DNA of 64,000 nucleotides from Dendrobates tinctorius (GCF_039654945.1 NW_027361869.1:1302001-1366000), one strand, 5' to 3'. Counted from the first letter of the stretch, positions 23,264-37,010 are shown. Program-made: numbers and translations. The notes: generated from the letters alone by a model not told the origin.

Positions 23264-26200
23264 CCACTTGTACATTTTCAAGATAATACTGCCATATACA
23301 GTCCACATAATACCCCCATACATTGATGGGATAATACTGCCATATACAAGCCACATAATACCACCATATCATAGCTGAATAATATGCATTGTCCCAATAA
23401 TAATTTAAAGTGCTCTCAAACAGCGCAAAAATCTACAGTATATATCCCATATAATAACGCCATACTACTATCATACATAGTCAATTACTGTACAGTACAA
23501 ATGTAAGGCTATGTGCCCACTTAGCGTTGTTCTTGCAGAATATTCCTGAGCGGAAACGCACACCCTCTTCCCGGGAAAACGCATGCGTTTTATGAAGCGC
23601 TTTTGTTAAGCGTTTGAGCAATACAATTTTGCACACGTTCCCGCAAAATTAATGAACACGCTGGGTTTTTTCCCCCACTTATCGTTTCCGCAGCAGAAAA
23701 AAAAAACAACGCACCATTAGCACAACATGTGCGGATTCCATTGTGATAACATGGGATGCTTTTAAGCGTTTACGCAGCAGAAACGAGCGTCTAAAAGTGC
23801 TGCGGAAACGCTTAAACGCTACGTGGACACACAGCCTTATACTACTATAAAAATTCACAACACTGTATATTGCCAAGATTATACTGCCATATACAGCCTC
23901 AATAAGACCACCACACAACGCAATAATTCTGCCATGTAAAGCCCACATAATGGCTCCATATAGTGCCATCCTAATAGTGGCCTGTAATGCCCCTCCGGCC
24001 ATGCTCTTATAGGTTTTGTGGGGGGGCAATGCACTCCTGATCATGGACGGTTCGGAGCAGCGGCATTGTCCCACCTCTGTGCTCTCTCCCATGCCGCTGT
24101 ATGGAGGCTTCGGAGGAGCACACAGGGATTGATGATGGCCGCATCCAGCCATCAGGTCAGCACCTGCGATCTCTATAAGGAAGAGCTTACAAAAGCGCTC
24201 TCCTAGCCTATGAATCCATCCACCACTGCTAGACAGTAGAGGTGGCTGGTAACTTGGCAACGAGCAGTAAACTATAGAATCAAAAATCTTTGTTCTTGAG
24301 AAAGTAGTGGATTTTTAATATGTGCCACTTCGAATCATCGGAAAGTTACTTTGAAGTTTAAGGCTGAGTTCACATGTGGCGTTTGCTGTGCTAATGCTGC
24401 GTTTTTTACCGCGGCGGAATCGCTTCGCGGTAAAAACCGCAGCATGCTCATTAATTTTGCGGAATCATGGCGATCCCGCACCCATAGGAATGCATTGTTC
24501 TGCTTACTTTCCACATGTGGCTGTGCACACCATGCGGAAAGTAAGCAGAACATTTGCGGATGGTACCCACGGTCCGGAGGAGAGGAGACTGTCCTCCGGG
24601 CTTTGGGTACCATATCCCTGTAAAAAATAGAATTTAAAATAAAAAATATTGTTATTCTGACCTTCCGGCGTCCCACGCAGCCTTCCCGCCTCTCTCCACG
24701 CTCTCGTTCCCAGTAATCCTTAGCGAAAATGCCCGCGATGACGTCCGTTCTCGCGGGATCGCAAAGTCTCGCGGTCATTCACGCGACATTGCGATCCCGT
24801 GAGAACGGACGTCATTGCGGGCATTTTCGCTAAGGATTACTGGGAACGGCTGCGCGGGATGTCGGAAGGTAAGAATAACACCAATTTTTACATTTTATCT
24901 TTTACTACTGATGCTGCATAGGCGGCCTCAGTAATAAAAAGTTGGTCACACTCGTCAAACACTATGTTTGACGAGTGTGACCAACCTGTCAATCAGTTCT
25001 CCAAGCGATGCTACAGATCACTTGGAAAACGCTAGCATTTTGCAAGCTAAATACGCTTGCAAAATGCTATATTTTCTGCGGGAAAATCGCGGGAATTTAA
25101 AATGCGATTTTCCCGCGGAATGGAATTCTGGAATTCTCGCGGTAATTTCCGCGAGAGTGCCGGTACGTGTGAACTTAGCCTAACCTACAGTCATATGTAA
25201 AAGTTTGGGCACCCTTACTAATGTTAACTTTTTTTCTTTATAACAATTTTGGTTTTTGCAACAGCTATTTCAGTTTCATATATCTAATAACTGATGGACT
25301 CAGTTATATTTCTGGACTCAAATGAGGTTTATTGTACTAATAGAAAATGTGCAATCTGCATTTAAACAAAATTTAACCGGTGCAAAAGTATGGGCACCCT
25401 TATCATTTTCTTGATTTGAACACTCCTAACTACTTTTTACTGACTTCCTGAAGCACTAAATTGGTTTTGTAACCTCATTGAGCTTTGAACTTCATAGCCA
25501 GGTGTATCAAATCATGAGAAAAGGTATTTAAGGTGGCCACTTGCAAGTAGTTCTCCTATTAGATTCTCCTATGAAGAGTGGCATCATGGGCTCCTCAAAA
25601 CAACTCTCAAATGATCTGAAAAAAAAGATTATTCAACATAGCTTTTCAGGGGAAGGATACAAAAAGTTGTCTCAGAGATTTAACCTGTCAGTTTCCACTG
25701 TGAGGAACATAGTAAGGAAATGGAAGAACACAGGTACAGTTCTTGCTAAGCCCAGAAGTGGCAGGCCAAGAAAAATATCAGAAAGGCAGAGAAGAAGAAT
25801 GGTGAGAACAGTCAAGGACAATCCACAGACCACCTCCAAAGACCTGCAGCATCATCTTGCTGCAGATGGTGTCACTGTGCATCGGTCAACAATACAGCGC
25901 ACTTTGCACAAGGAGAAGCTGTATGGGAGAGTGATGCGAAAGAAGCCGTTTCTGCAAGCACGTCACAAACAGAGTCGCCTGAGGTATGCAAAAGCACATT
26001 TGGACAAGCCAGTTACATTTTGGAAGAAGGTCGTGTGGACTGATGAAGCAAAGATTGAGTTGTTTGGTCATACAAAAAGGCGTTATGCATGGAGGCTAAA
26101 AAACACAGCATTCCAAGAAAAACACTTGCTACCCACAGTAAAATTTGGTGGAGGTTCCATCATGCTTTGGGGCTGTGTGGCCAATGCCGGCACCCGGGAA

Positions 26201-29200
26201 TCTTGTTAAAGTTGAGGGTCGCATGGATTCAACTCAGTATCAGCAGATTCTTGACAATAATGTGCAAGAATCAGTGACAAAGTTGAAGTTATGCAGGAGA
26301 TAGATATTTCAGCAAGACAATGATCCAAAACACCGCTCCAAATCTACTCAGGCATTCATGCAGAGGAACAATTACAATGTTCTGGAATGGCCGTCCCAGT
26401 CCCCAGACCTGAATATCATTGAACATCTGTGGGATGATTTGAAGCGGGCTGTCCATGCTCGGCGACCATCAAACTTAACTGAACTGGAATTGTTTTGTAA
26501 ACAGGAATGGTCACAAATACCTTCATCCAGGAACTCATTAATAGCTACAGGAAGCGACTAGAGGCTGTTATTTTTGCAAAAGGAGGATCTACGAAATATT
26601 AATGTCACTTTTATGTTGAGGTGCCCATACTTTTGCACCGGTCAAATTTTGTTAAAATGCAGATTGCACATTTTCTGTTAGAACAATAAACCTCATTTGA
26701 ATCCAGAAATATAACTGAGTCCATCAGTTATTAGATATATGAAACTGAAATAGCTGTTGCAAAAACCAAAATTGTTATAAAGAAAAAAGGATAACATTAA
26801 TAGGGGTGCCCAAACTTTTACATATGACTGTATATATCACGAGGAGACGACCCCTTTAACCCCTTCAGCCCCAAGGGTGGTTTGCATGTTCATGACCGGG
26901 ACAATTTTTACAATTCTGACCACTGTCCCTTTATGAGGTCATAACTCTGGAACGCTTCCATGGATCCCGGTGATTCTAACATTGTTTTCTCGTGACATAT
27001 TGTACTTCATGTTAGTGGTAAAATTTCATTCAAATAACTTGCGTTTATTTGTGAAAAAAACAGAAATTTGGCGAAAATTTTCGCAATTTTCCAACTTTGT
27101 ATTTTTATGCCCTTAAATCACAGAGATACGGCACACAAAAAACTTGATAAGTAACATTTCCCACATGTTTACTTTACATCAGCACAATTTTGGAACCCAA
27201 ATTTTTTTTTTTGTTAGGAAGCTATAAGGGTTAAAAATTGACCAGCGATTTCTCATTTTTGCAACACCATTTTATTTTTACGGACCACATCACATTTGAA
27301 GCCACTTTGAGGGGTCTATATGATAGAAAATACCCAAAAGTGACACCATTCTAAAAACTGCACCCCTTAAACTTCTTGAATGTGGTTTTGAGCACCTTAT
27401 TAACACTTTAGGTGCATCACAGGAATTTTTTGAATATTAAAAAAAGAAAAAAAAAAATGAATATTTAACTTTTTTTCACAAAAAAAACACTTCCGGTTCA
27501 ATTTTTTTATTTTACCAAGGGTAACAAGAGAAACTGGACTGCAAAAGTTATTGTGCAATTTGTCCTGAGTACGCCGATACCTCACATGTGGGGATAAACC
27601 ACTATTTGGGCGCATGGCAGAGCTCAGAAGGGAAACAGCGCCATTTGACGTTTTTTGGCTGGAATTGAGATCGGACGCCATGTTACGATTGGAAAACCCC
27701 TGATGTACCAAAACAGTGGAAACCCCCCACAAATGACACCATTTTGGAAACTAGACCCCCCAAGGAACTTATCTAGATGTGTGGTGAGCACTTTGAACCC
27801 CCAAGTGCTTCACAGAAGTTTTTAACGCCCGGGCGCGAAAATAAAAAATCATTTTTTTCCACAAAAATGATATTTTTGCCCCCATTTTTTTTATTTTCCT
27901 AAGGGTAACAGGAGAAATTGGACCCCAAAAATTGTTTTGCAATTTGTCCTGAGTAGGCTGATACCCCATATGTGGGGGTAAAACACTGTTTGGGCACACG
28001 TCGGGGCTCGGAAGGGAAGGAGCACCATTTGACTTTTTCAACTCAGAATTGGCTGGAATTGAGATCAGACGCAATGTTGCATTTGGAGAGCCCCTGATGT
28101 TCCCAAACAGTGGAAACCCCCAATTCTAACTCCAACCCTAACCCCAACACACCCCTAACCCTAACCCTAGCCCTAACCCTAATGGGAAAATGGAAATAAA
28201 TAATTTTTTGTTTATTTTATTATTTTTCCCTAACTAAGGGGGTGATAACGGGGGGTTTGATTTACTATTTATGGCGGTTTTTATGTTTGGCAGCTGTCGC
28301 ACGCTAAAAGACGCTTTTTATTGTAAAAATAGTTTTTGCATCACCACATATTGAGAGCTATAATTTTTCCGTATTTTGACCCACCGAGTCATGTGAGGTC
28401 TTATTTTTTGCGGGACGAGTTGACGTTTTTATTGGTACCATTTTCGGGCACGTGACATTTTTTGATTGCTTTTTATTCCGAATTTTGGGACGCAGAATGA
28501 ACAAAAACCAGCGTTTCATGAATTTCTTTTTGGGGGGTGCGTTTACACCGTTCTGCGTGCGGTAAAATTGGTAAAGCGGTTTTATTCTTCGGGTCAGTAC
28601 GGTTACAGCGATACCTCATTTATGTGGTTTATGTTTTGGCGCTTTTATGCAATGAAAACTATTTTATATAAAAAAATAATTATTTTTGCATTGCTTTATT
28701 CTGCGAGCTATAACTTTTATTTTTTCGCTGATGACGATGTATGGTGGCTCGTTTTTTTGCGGGACAAGATGACGTTTTCAGCGGTACCATGGATATTTAC
28801 ATGCGTCTTTTTGATCGCGCGTTATTGCACTTTGTTCGGCGGTATGATAATAAAAATCGAAGCAAAAAATAATTTTTATTTTTTAAGGGGTTCGCTAAAG
28901 GGGTTAACTAATGGGACAGTTTTATAGGGCGGGTCGTTATGGATGCGGCGATACCAAATGTGTACTTTTATTGTTTGTTTTTTTTATTTCCAAAAAATGA
29001 ATTTATTGGGGGAATATTTTTTTTTTTTCTAATTTGGCGTTTTTAAAATTTAACACTTTTTTTTTTTTTAACTTTATTACATTGTCCCAGGTGTGACATC
29101 ACTGTCCTGTGACAGATCGCTGATCTGTCACATCACAGATCACTGTGACAGATCAGCGATCTGTCACAGGCAGTGCAGCAGGCTTCCTCGTGCCTGCGCT

Positions 29201-32200
29201 TAGATGCTGAGCGCTATGACGTACTATCCCGTCCCTGGGAAACAAGTCCCAGGGCACATGGACGGGATAGTACGTCATATGGGATTAAAGGGTTAAACAA
29301 TAGGGTCTGCCAGATCCATTTTGCTGCTGTTTTAGCATTATGGAAGCAAAAAAACAAAACAAGACACTGCGGCTGCAGATGTAAATGCATTAACTTTTCT
29401 TAGTCCCCTTAGGGGACGTAAACCTGTGTTTGTACAAATTGCTTGATCTGCATAATGCAAAACTGTGTGACAGTATATAGAGAAAATGACAATTCTCCTA
29501 TTAAGTCCGGCTCATTTGCTTCTCGCAATGATAACCAGTACACTGTGCACACTGGAAACCAGTACACTTAAATGCCACCATCAGTGATCGCTGCTGTTAG
29601 AGGCAGACACCCGTTATGGAGCGTGATTAGTCCTTGAGTTGAAGGTGAAATTTAACAGAGATCTAGCAACGTCTGATCTTCACATTTGGGGAAGTGTATC
29701 ACCACCCGAAGAAAAGAGGACCATTTTTACCCTCCCCCAGGAGTGATCAGCCAAAGATCACTCCAAGAGCAAAGCATAAAGTAGTCTGTGAGATCACAAA
29801 AGAAACCAAGGTCACATCTAAGCAACTAAAGGCCTCTCTCACATCAGATTAATATTCAATGAGTCCGCCATGGAGAAGAAACTAAATATTGTTGTGCATT
29901 GCAGGACTACAAGGAGAAAGTCCTAAAGTTATGTTGTGGAAGGACTTGATGAGAACCGTTCATGGGGGGAAAACCCACCAACATAACAGAGCTGAAGCAG
30001 TTTTGTACGGAGGAATGGGCTAATATTCCTTCAAGCTGATTTGCAGGACTAAGCAGCAATTACCAGAAAGGTTTAGATCTAATTATTGCTACATATAAAA
30101 CTACGATTAAATTCCTAAATAATACCGCTATACAATGCTACATGATGTTGGGTGGTTTTAATTTGCATTTCAGGTTCCCCGTCTTGGAGAACATATCATT
30201 ACTACCGCCTCCTCATGTTATATACACAGAACTACAACGCTGGTGTACCACTGATCACGCACCTATCTAGTTCAGACTCCGCTCCGGTGTCCGCTTTGGG
30301 CCCTCCATCCGGTTTTTCATTATTCTTAGAAGTCTCGGGTGCGGACCGGGAGCTGTGAAGCCGTAAAATACAGACATGACCACGGGATGAGGAGGTCTGA
30401 GGAACCCACAAGGTGGACGCCACGTCATCCATTTACCTCTCAGATGTAACCATCACAGCTGCCGCAGAACCCTCTGCACAGACCGATGGAGGAGTCAGCA
30501 GAGACTTCAGATCTTTGATTTCCTCATTTTCTTGATACTATAAGATGAATATTTTATGTTTGTAGGTTTAGACTGATGCAGGTATCCAAAAGCAGAATAG
30601 TGAGTGCAGCTCTGGAGTATAATACAGGATGTAACTCAGGATCAGTAATGTAATGTATGTACACAGTGACTGCACCAGCAGAATAGTGAGTGCAGCTCTG
30701 GAGGATAATACAGGATGTAACTCAGGATCAGTAATGTATGTACACAGTGACTGCGCCAGCAGAATAGTGAGCGCAGCTGTGGAGTATAATACAGGATGTT
30801 AGTCAGGATCAGTGATGTAATGTGTGTACACAGTGACTGCATCAGCAGAATAGTGAGTGCAGCTCTGGAGTATAATACAGGAGGTAACTCAGGATCAGTA
30901 ATGTAATGTATGTACACAGTGACTGCACCAGGAGAATAGTGAGTGCAGCCCTGGAGTATAATACAGGATGTAACTCAGGATCAGTGATGTAATGTGTGTA
31001 CACAGTGACTGCACCAGCAGAATAGTGAGTGCAGCTCTGGAGTATAATACAAGATGTAACTCAGGATCAGTAATGTATGTACACAGTGACTGCGCCAGCA
31101 GAATAGTGAGCGCAGCTGTGGAGTATAATACAGGATGTAACTCAGGATCAGTGATGTAATGTGCGTACACAGTGACTGCACCAGCAGAATAGTGAGTGCA
31201 GCTCTGGGGTATAATACAGGATGTTACTCAGGATCAGTAATGTAATGTAATGTATGTACACAGTGACTGCATCAGCAGAATAGTGAGTGCAGCTCTGGAG
31301 TATAATACAGGAGGTAACTCAGGATCAGTAATGTAATGTATGTACACAGTGACTGCACAAGCAGAATAGTGAGTGCAGCCCTGGAGTATAATACAGGATG
31401 TAACTCAGGATCAGTAATGTACTGTATGTACACAGTGACTGCACAAGCAGAATAGTGAGTGCAGCCCTGGAGTATAATACAGGATGTAACTCAGGATCAG
31501 TAATGTACTGTATGTACACAGTGATTGCACCAGCAGAATAGTGAGTGCAGCTCTGGGGTATAATACAGGAGGTAACTCAGGATCAGTAATGTAATGTATG
31601 TACACAGTGACTGCACAAGCAGAATAGTGAGTGCATCCCTGGAGTATAATACAGGATGTAACTCAGGATCAGGAATGTAATGTATGTACACAGTGACTGC
31701 ACCAGCAGAATAGTGAGTGCAGCTCTGGAGTATAATACAAGATGTAACTCAGGATCAGTAATGTGTGCACACAGCAATTCACTGTCTTATAGCTATATAT
31801 TGCCGAGCTGTATATTTCTGGCTAACACAACAGTCTAATTGAGGGACAGAACAAATAGCAGGACGCCCGGTGTTGCAGACAATAGTGCCCTCCCTCTAAT
31901 GCTGGGAAGAATACTTGTCTCTTTGCTTTGGATGACAGTGACCTTGGTAATAAAGCCACAAAAAGTCTTACTTGGAAAGAAAGCGTGGGACCCTCAGGCT
32001 CCAAATACCGGCTCAGAGACTCAGCGACCACCATGCCCAAGCATCTGACAGGAGGAACAGAGCTGTCCAGATACAGGCGAGTCCCGGCGGTCAGGGCTAG
32101 GAGCAACTCTGGAGGAGAAGGGAAAGTCAGCGCCAAAGAGAACAGTATGGACACAGTGCGGCCGCAGGTCACAAGCTCGCACCTTGTTTGCAGCCGGCAA

Positions 32201-35200
32201 TTTCTTCTTTGTTCAAAAGAAACAAGCAGATAAACATGGAGCGGCTGATGTGGAGGAGCTGGGGGTAAGGCGACTGTTTGACCACGCTGCCCGACGACCA
32301 CACTTCCAGGAGCTGCTTCAGAATCTGGGAATATACAATATATAAAGTTATATTCGGAGTATAATGGAAAGCTTGACCATTCTCTAATATACTTTCTATA
32401 TCAAACTTTTAAGCTCTCCACTCTCCGTCGTACAGTGGGATACATCACAGCTTACTCGCGGTGGATAGAAAGCTGTCCCGGCTATGTGATGGACACAATG
32501 GTGCCTGGCTCGAGCAGCGTCTTCGTCAGCGACGATCGGATGCATGTTGTAGAAAGGAGTTTACAGCCATTGCTTATTGCCCCTGTTCAGACTTACCTTG
32601 GTCAGTAACGGCCGGCGACTGCTCTCCATGGACAAGTAACCCAGGACGCTCTGCAGCATTTCTTTCTAACAAGGACATTAAAAAAAAAAAAACCCTTTAA
32701 AACCCAAATGATGCGACTTCCTTAGAGCAATGATGCGGGCGCAGTGCGATCATCACCTTGAGGCTGTACTGCAGGAACAGCATCTTCTGCGTCAGTAAGA
32801 ACTGCGTCTTCTTATTCTTCAGCACCAGGTCTCCCAGTAAATGCGAGAGAGACGCGGACCTGAGAACGACAAAGGAGGCTGCAGGATCAGACTACGCAGG
32901 AGCTGTTTGTAGTCTGTTACCACGGCGACACATTGGTCTGCATTAGAGCTGCATACACAACATAGTTGGGAGATTTTTTTTAAAACGATATTCAAAAGAT
33001 GCTTTCCCTCCAATTAGGGCTCCTACAGACATCTGTGAAATACGAGTCTCCTGATCCGATCTCACCAGCCTCCTAGGCGTATAAGAGGCTTCCGAGTTCA
33101 GGTCAGGAGACCCGTTGCCAGACAGTCCGCTCGTCCTTGGACCGCATTTCATTGTCGTCTGCGTGAGTCCTTAAGATGTGTAAAAGCAATGCAAAAATGG
33201 CTGCAAAGTTGGTCACACCCTTTAACATGAATGCCCATAGAGGACATGTGATAAGACAAGATGTGATAAGACAGTCCTAAGGAACCTAAATATTTTTTAT
33301 TAAAGATGGTGATCATCAGGTTAGGTCTAACTAAACATGCGGCACTTACCCATCTGCCGTCTGAACCAGCCCAGTTACCACCGGCTCCATCCACCTGTCA
33401 GGGACAGCCTCGATCAGCCTCCAACACATCCTCTGCCAGATGCAGTTTGACTGGACAAGTGTGGTCAGCCGAGGGACCAGTACGGAAAACAGCTCCACTG
33501 CAAGCAGATACAAGTGCTTACACGGGACGATGTAAAGAACGTCAGAATTCTTTCATAAACGTTACATAAAGGGGTATTTCTATCTCCTTCACTAATGGTA
33601 TACCAGAAATATATGACAGATGACGGGTAGGTGCCATCACGGCCCACTGTCAGCGGAGACGTGGCCGCACATGCGCCGCTCTACATTCATCTGTATGGGA
33701 GCTCCGACCACTTTCCATCGGCAGTCGTTCTAGTGACTGATGCGGGTCCCATTGGTGACATATCCCATGTGTATAAAATAAATGACCAAAATAGGACGAC
33801 CCAGTTAACTCTTTAAATATGAGTTGCTGCAATTATCAGACCCGCACCAAACAGCTGACCATTCCCAGGAATAGGTCCCTCAGAGCACGAGCCATAAGTC
33901 CCTGTCCCACCCCAATAATGATCACCTAATAGGGCATATGGAAAAATGGTTGTTTTACCCTTCTTTTTTTTTGGCCTACAGGGGTTAGGAAATCATCTCC
34001 AGGATACTCACACTGATGACCCTGCATGCAGACTTTACCCAGGACCTGAGACACGAAAGAGATGGAGCAACCTTTCCCATCTAAGAAAAAAAACAAAAAA
34101 AAAAAAACCAGTGCGAGCTTCAGCATTTTACAGAGCAATTCCTCATTTTCACAGCAGAGCAGATCATCCCGTTATGATCCATCAGTCAGAGAAGTCCTAT
34201 AATGCCCAGACAATGGGGGATGGGGTGAGATTTGCCAAAACTAGTGCAGCCTATCAGGGAAAATGATGGCAGTGATCTGCTGCACCTTCCCTTTGCACCA
34301 GTTGTGGTAACTCTCACACCTATAGATCTTCTTTACTACTACCCTCACCTCTTAGGGATACAGAAACCATCTGTAGTACACGCAGAATGGCGTTCCCCAC
34401 GTGGGGGTAATAGTTCTTAGGGTAAAAAGGGGCTTTATTGTGTTTCTGGAGACAATTGGCCAGGTGATCAGGTAAGCTGCAGATCCTCATCAGGATGGCT
34501 TCATGCAAAATCGGAGTTGGTGTCGCCTCCAGCTGCTGCTGACAAACCTCCCAGATGACGTCAGCGAGTGCTCCGCGCTGCAGGAATTTCTCCAGCACGT
34601 GAATACAGCGATCGAGGCGGATGCAGGGCCTGGAGTGAGAAGAGAGCCGAATATGGAATGGACAAAATGGAGATCAGTCTGAAAAGGGAATAAATGGAAG
34701 TAAAAATGAGCAATACAAGTAGTCTGGCTTTTATGTCCTATGGACAAAGGGCAGTGGGGAGAGGCTTCTGCTGCAGCCAATTGTCTCCCAACCAGGTACA
34801 GGTTTCTGAGGAACAAAATGGTTCATCTGCTCAAAACAGTCAAAATAGGAGCAAAGCAGAAGGGAGATTAATGCTGGGAATTCTCTTGCTTTTATGCATT
34901 GTATGTTCCTCTGAAGGTGACCTATATATGTGCCCATGTTGAGTATTTGCAGCAGATTTTTCTGCGCCAAAAAAAGATTTTTAGGAGGAAAAACCATTGT
35001 AAAATACGGACATTTTGATGCGTTTTTTTCCCCTTTTCAATTTATTTGAATAAGTGAAAAATGCTGCAGAAAAACGGCAAAAGAATTCACTCGCTTAAAG
35101 TTTGATGGTTGAAATACGCCAGAAAAAATAAGCAGCACGTTCATGAGATTTTTTAAAAAATTTCACTTTTCTGGTAGGAAAAAGTGAAGAGATTTTTTTT

Positions 35201-35785
35201 TTTTTGCCCTTGAAAACTGACAGCAAAAACGTAACATGTGGACAAGCCCTAAGGCAGGTGTCACATGTCTGATATTCTCGGCTGTGTATGGATTGAATGT
35301 CAGGACAGGAGGCAGGTGTCCCAATCTTATCAGCCTCACTGGCATATATAAGGCTGTTTGGTTCCAGTCCGGAGACGGCCAGGACAAAGTTGGCTGTACT
35401 TGGGCGGTGAACGTCGTACATGTGAATCTAACCTAGAGAGCATTTTATATACTCACCCTGTTCTCACCAAGCTGTCCATCAGCACTAGGAAAGCCTGGTC
35501 CGCTGGACCAGCTAAGAAAAAAACATCCCATAGATCCAAACGGTCAGACGTCAAAAGGTCAGACCACTGGGGTCCCATATGAGCCACCAAAACCCTAAGG
35601 AAAGGAGTGTAATGTGTTCTGTTGAATTCGGAGATTTCCTGAGCAGAGGCCGGGTTCTCTCCTTCCCCAAGGTAGCGCTTTGCACCAGACAGCACCTCCA
35701 CCAGTCGGTCTCCATCACTGATCTTGGGTAATTCGGCCATGATGTCTTGGAGAGCAGACCGCACGGACAGAACGGCCGGATCCAT
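18127..35785 (-). CDS. TELO2: Telomere length regulation protein TEL2 homolog (TTT complex), 20 coding exons, ~826 aa
   Basis: Exons (minus): 35785-35457, 34629-34349, 34080-34012, 33497-33350, 32859-32757, 32665-32597, 32324-32183, 32108-31972, 30537-30437, 30352-30263, 22296-22208, 21691-21603, 21502-21386, 21033-20962, 20563-20399, 19744-19653, 19278-19179, 19067-19003, 18916-18801, 18233-18127. All GT-AG and phase-compatible; total 2481 nt. Recognisable motifs: [68 protein letters not shown] on minus at 17933-17938. Confidence 0.96.
19815..20350. repeat. Minisatellite, ~56-59-bp unit, ~10 copies, within a TELO2 intron
   Basis: Unit ctgcagtcaccactagggggagct..atacagagatac..ataagat. Confidence 0.92.
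23507..23836. mobile_element. PIF/Harbinger-type MITE
   Basis: Termini ggctatgtgcccacttagcg / cgctacgtggacacacagcc, flanked by TAA/TTA. Confidence 0.7.
24362..25180. mobile_element. PIF/Harbinger-type MITE with an internal palindrome
   Basis: TIR ggctgagttcacatgt / acgtgtgaacttagcc; TAA TSD on both sides; hairpin at ~24707-24848. Confidence 0.8.
25188..26830 (+). mobile_element. Full-length Tc1 (DD34E) transposon with ~210-bp IR/DR TIRs; transposase (25586-26602) frameshifted
   Basis: TA TSD; CAGTCATATGTAAAAGTTTGGGCACCC at both ends; inner DR gcaaaagtatgggcac. Protein [53 protein letters not shown]. Frameshifts at ~26195 and ~26530. Confidence 0.96.
26860..29292. mobile_element. Non-autonomous piggyBac-type (TTAA) element, ~2.4 kb, with an internal duplication and a (CCCTAA)n tract
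   Basis: TTAA-CCCCTT... start and ...AAAGGG-TTAA end. Segments ~27500-27730 and ~27890-28120 are diverged duplicates. No transposase ORF. Confidence 0.7.
29640..30095 (+). mobile_element. Highly degraded Tc1 transposase remnant
   Basis: Fragments [36 protein letters not shown] and [31 protein letters not shown]. Confidence 0.7.
30590..31775 (+). repeat. 81-86-bp satellite array, ~14 copies, in a TELO2 intron
   Basis: Unit cagcagaatagtgagtgcagctctggagtataatacaggatgtaactcaggatcagtaatgtaatgtatgtacacagtgactgcac. Confidence 0.97.
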
Positions 35786-36479
35786 CTTTTGAGAACCTTT
35801 AACCCTACAAAACTGGAAGCATCACAAGGATTAGAGTGATGGTCTTATACAACAATCTCTAATTGGTGTAAAGCTGCAGGGCATGCTGGGAGCTGTAGTT
35901 CTGGAGGCCACTGCCCCACCTGGTCTGATCCCGCAGTCCGCCCTGACGGACGCATGTCATAGATAAGTGGAGGTCAGATGCACTGTAAGTATGGAAACAC
36001 ACAGGAATGCATGAGAGCTGTGTACATGAAGCAGCAGCAGATTTTTAAATTAAAACTAGCTGAAAAATTGCTTTTTTTCCCAATTTGGAGAAATTAGGTT
36101 TCAAATGAAGGAATATGTAAGAAGTAGCGAAAAACATAGGATATATTCCACACAGTCCGATTCCACAGCAACAAGCGTTAGCAGGGACGACGCCTTTAAA
36201 AGAGGAACTACAAGTCCCAGCACTGATTTCCAGTATAAACAACTCACCTGCACTCAGGGACCCTCGAAAATGAACGACCCCAAACTGTTGTCCTGTTATA
36301 CCCCCCCAGTCTCATACATTAGAAGACAAGCAGACCTGACATTCACCATAGAAATAAGTATGACAGTTCACATTCTGAATTCAGTATATATTACCTGCCC
36401 TAAAAATAATCAGACACCTCTCTGGAGACGTTTGTAAGCGAAAATGTCACGAATCCACCACTCTGCAAGGCTAATAAAC

Positions 36480-36645
36480 CATGAGCGCGGCCATCTTGGT
36501 CTTCTCACAGGAAGCTATAAGTAGCCATCTTGGTACACCCAAAGGGCCACCCAGTGCAGCCGGATATAGGTTCCAGTCAGTCACGTGACCCGCTCTAGAC
36601 TCCCGTGTTGGGCAGCGCTACTCTGTCGCCCTCATGTGGTCGCTG
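36480..36645 (-). promoter_or_regulatory. Putative TELO2 promoter / TSS region
   Basis: Two YY1-type motifs (GCGGCCATCTTG 36487-36498; AGCCATCTTG ~36523); palindromic E-box GTCACGTGAC 36580-36589; CTCF-like motif ~36625-36640; candidate donor for a non-coding first exon at ~36394; acceptor just upstream of the ATG at ~35805. Confidence 0.55.
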
Positions 36646-37010
36646 TGTATTATTACTGATCTGTGATATCTGTAGGGATTCTCTATGAGGCGTGTGAACC
36701 GATCCAGCCACCGGCTGTGAGGCATCAGCATTGTACCACCAGACCCTTATATTCCAAAAATTAAGGCACAGATACCCCTATATAGGGAAAATAAGTACCA
36801 CCTGTTTGGCAAAAACACTAGCACTGTATTGTTGGGCCTCATGGTGTGCAAGGGGCCTGAACGGTGGCACATGGGGTCTCTACAGGTCTGATTTAGAGGA
36901 CTAGTGTCACTTTGTGCCATAATATAAGGCTCCAGTACAGCAGTGGGGTGCGAGCGCCTGATACAAGGCAGGTATTGCGCCCACGAGTTTTGCCCCTTTA
37001 GAAAGTAATG

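Noticed and set aside
30590-31775. CRISPR-like appearance, and repeated [11 protein letters not shown] ORFs, in the 86-bp arrays (also 57326-58930)
   Set aside because: No unique spacers, no cas genes, eukaryotic intron context; this is a plain tandem satellite.
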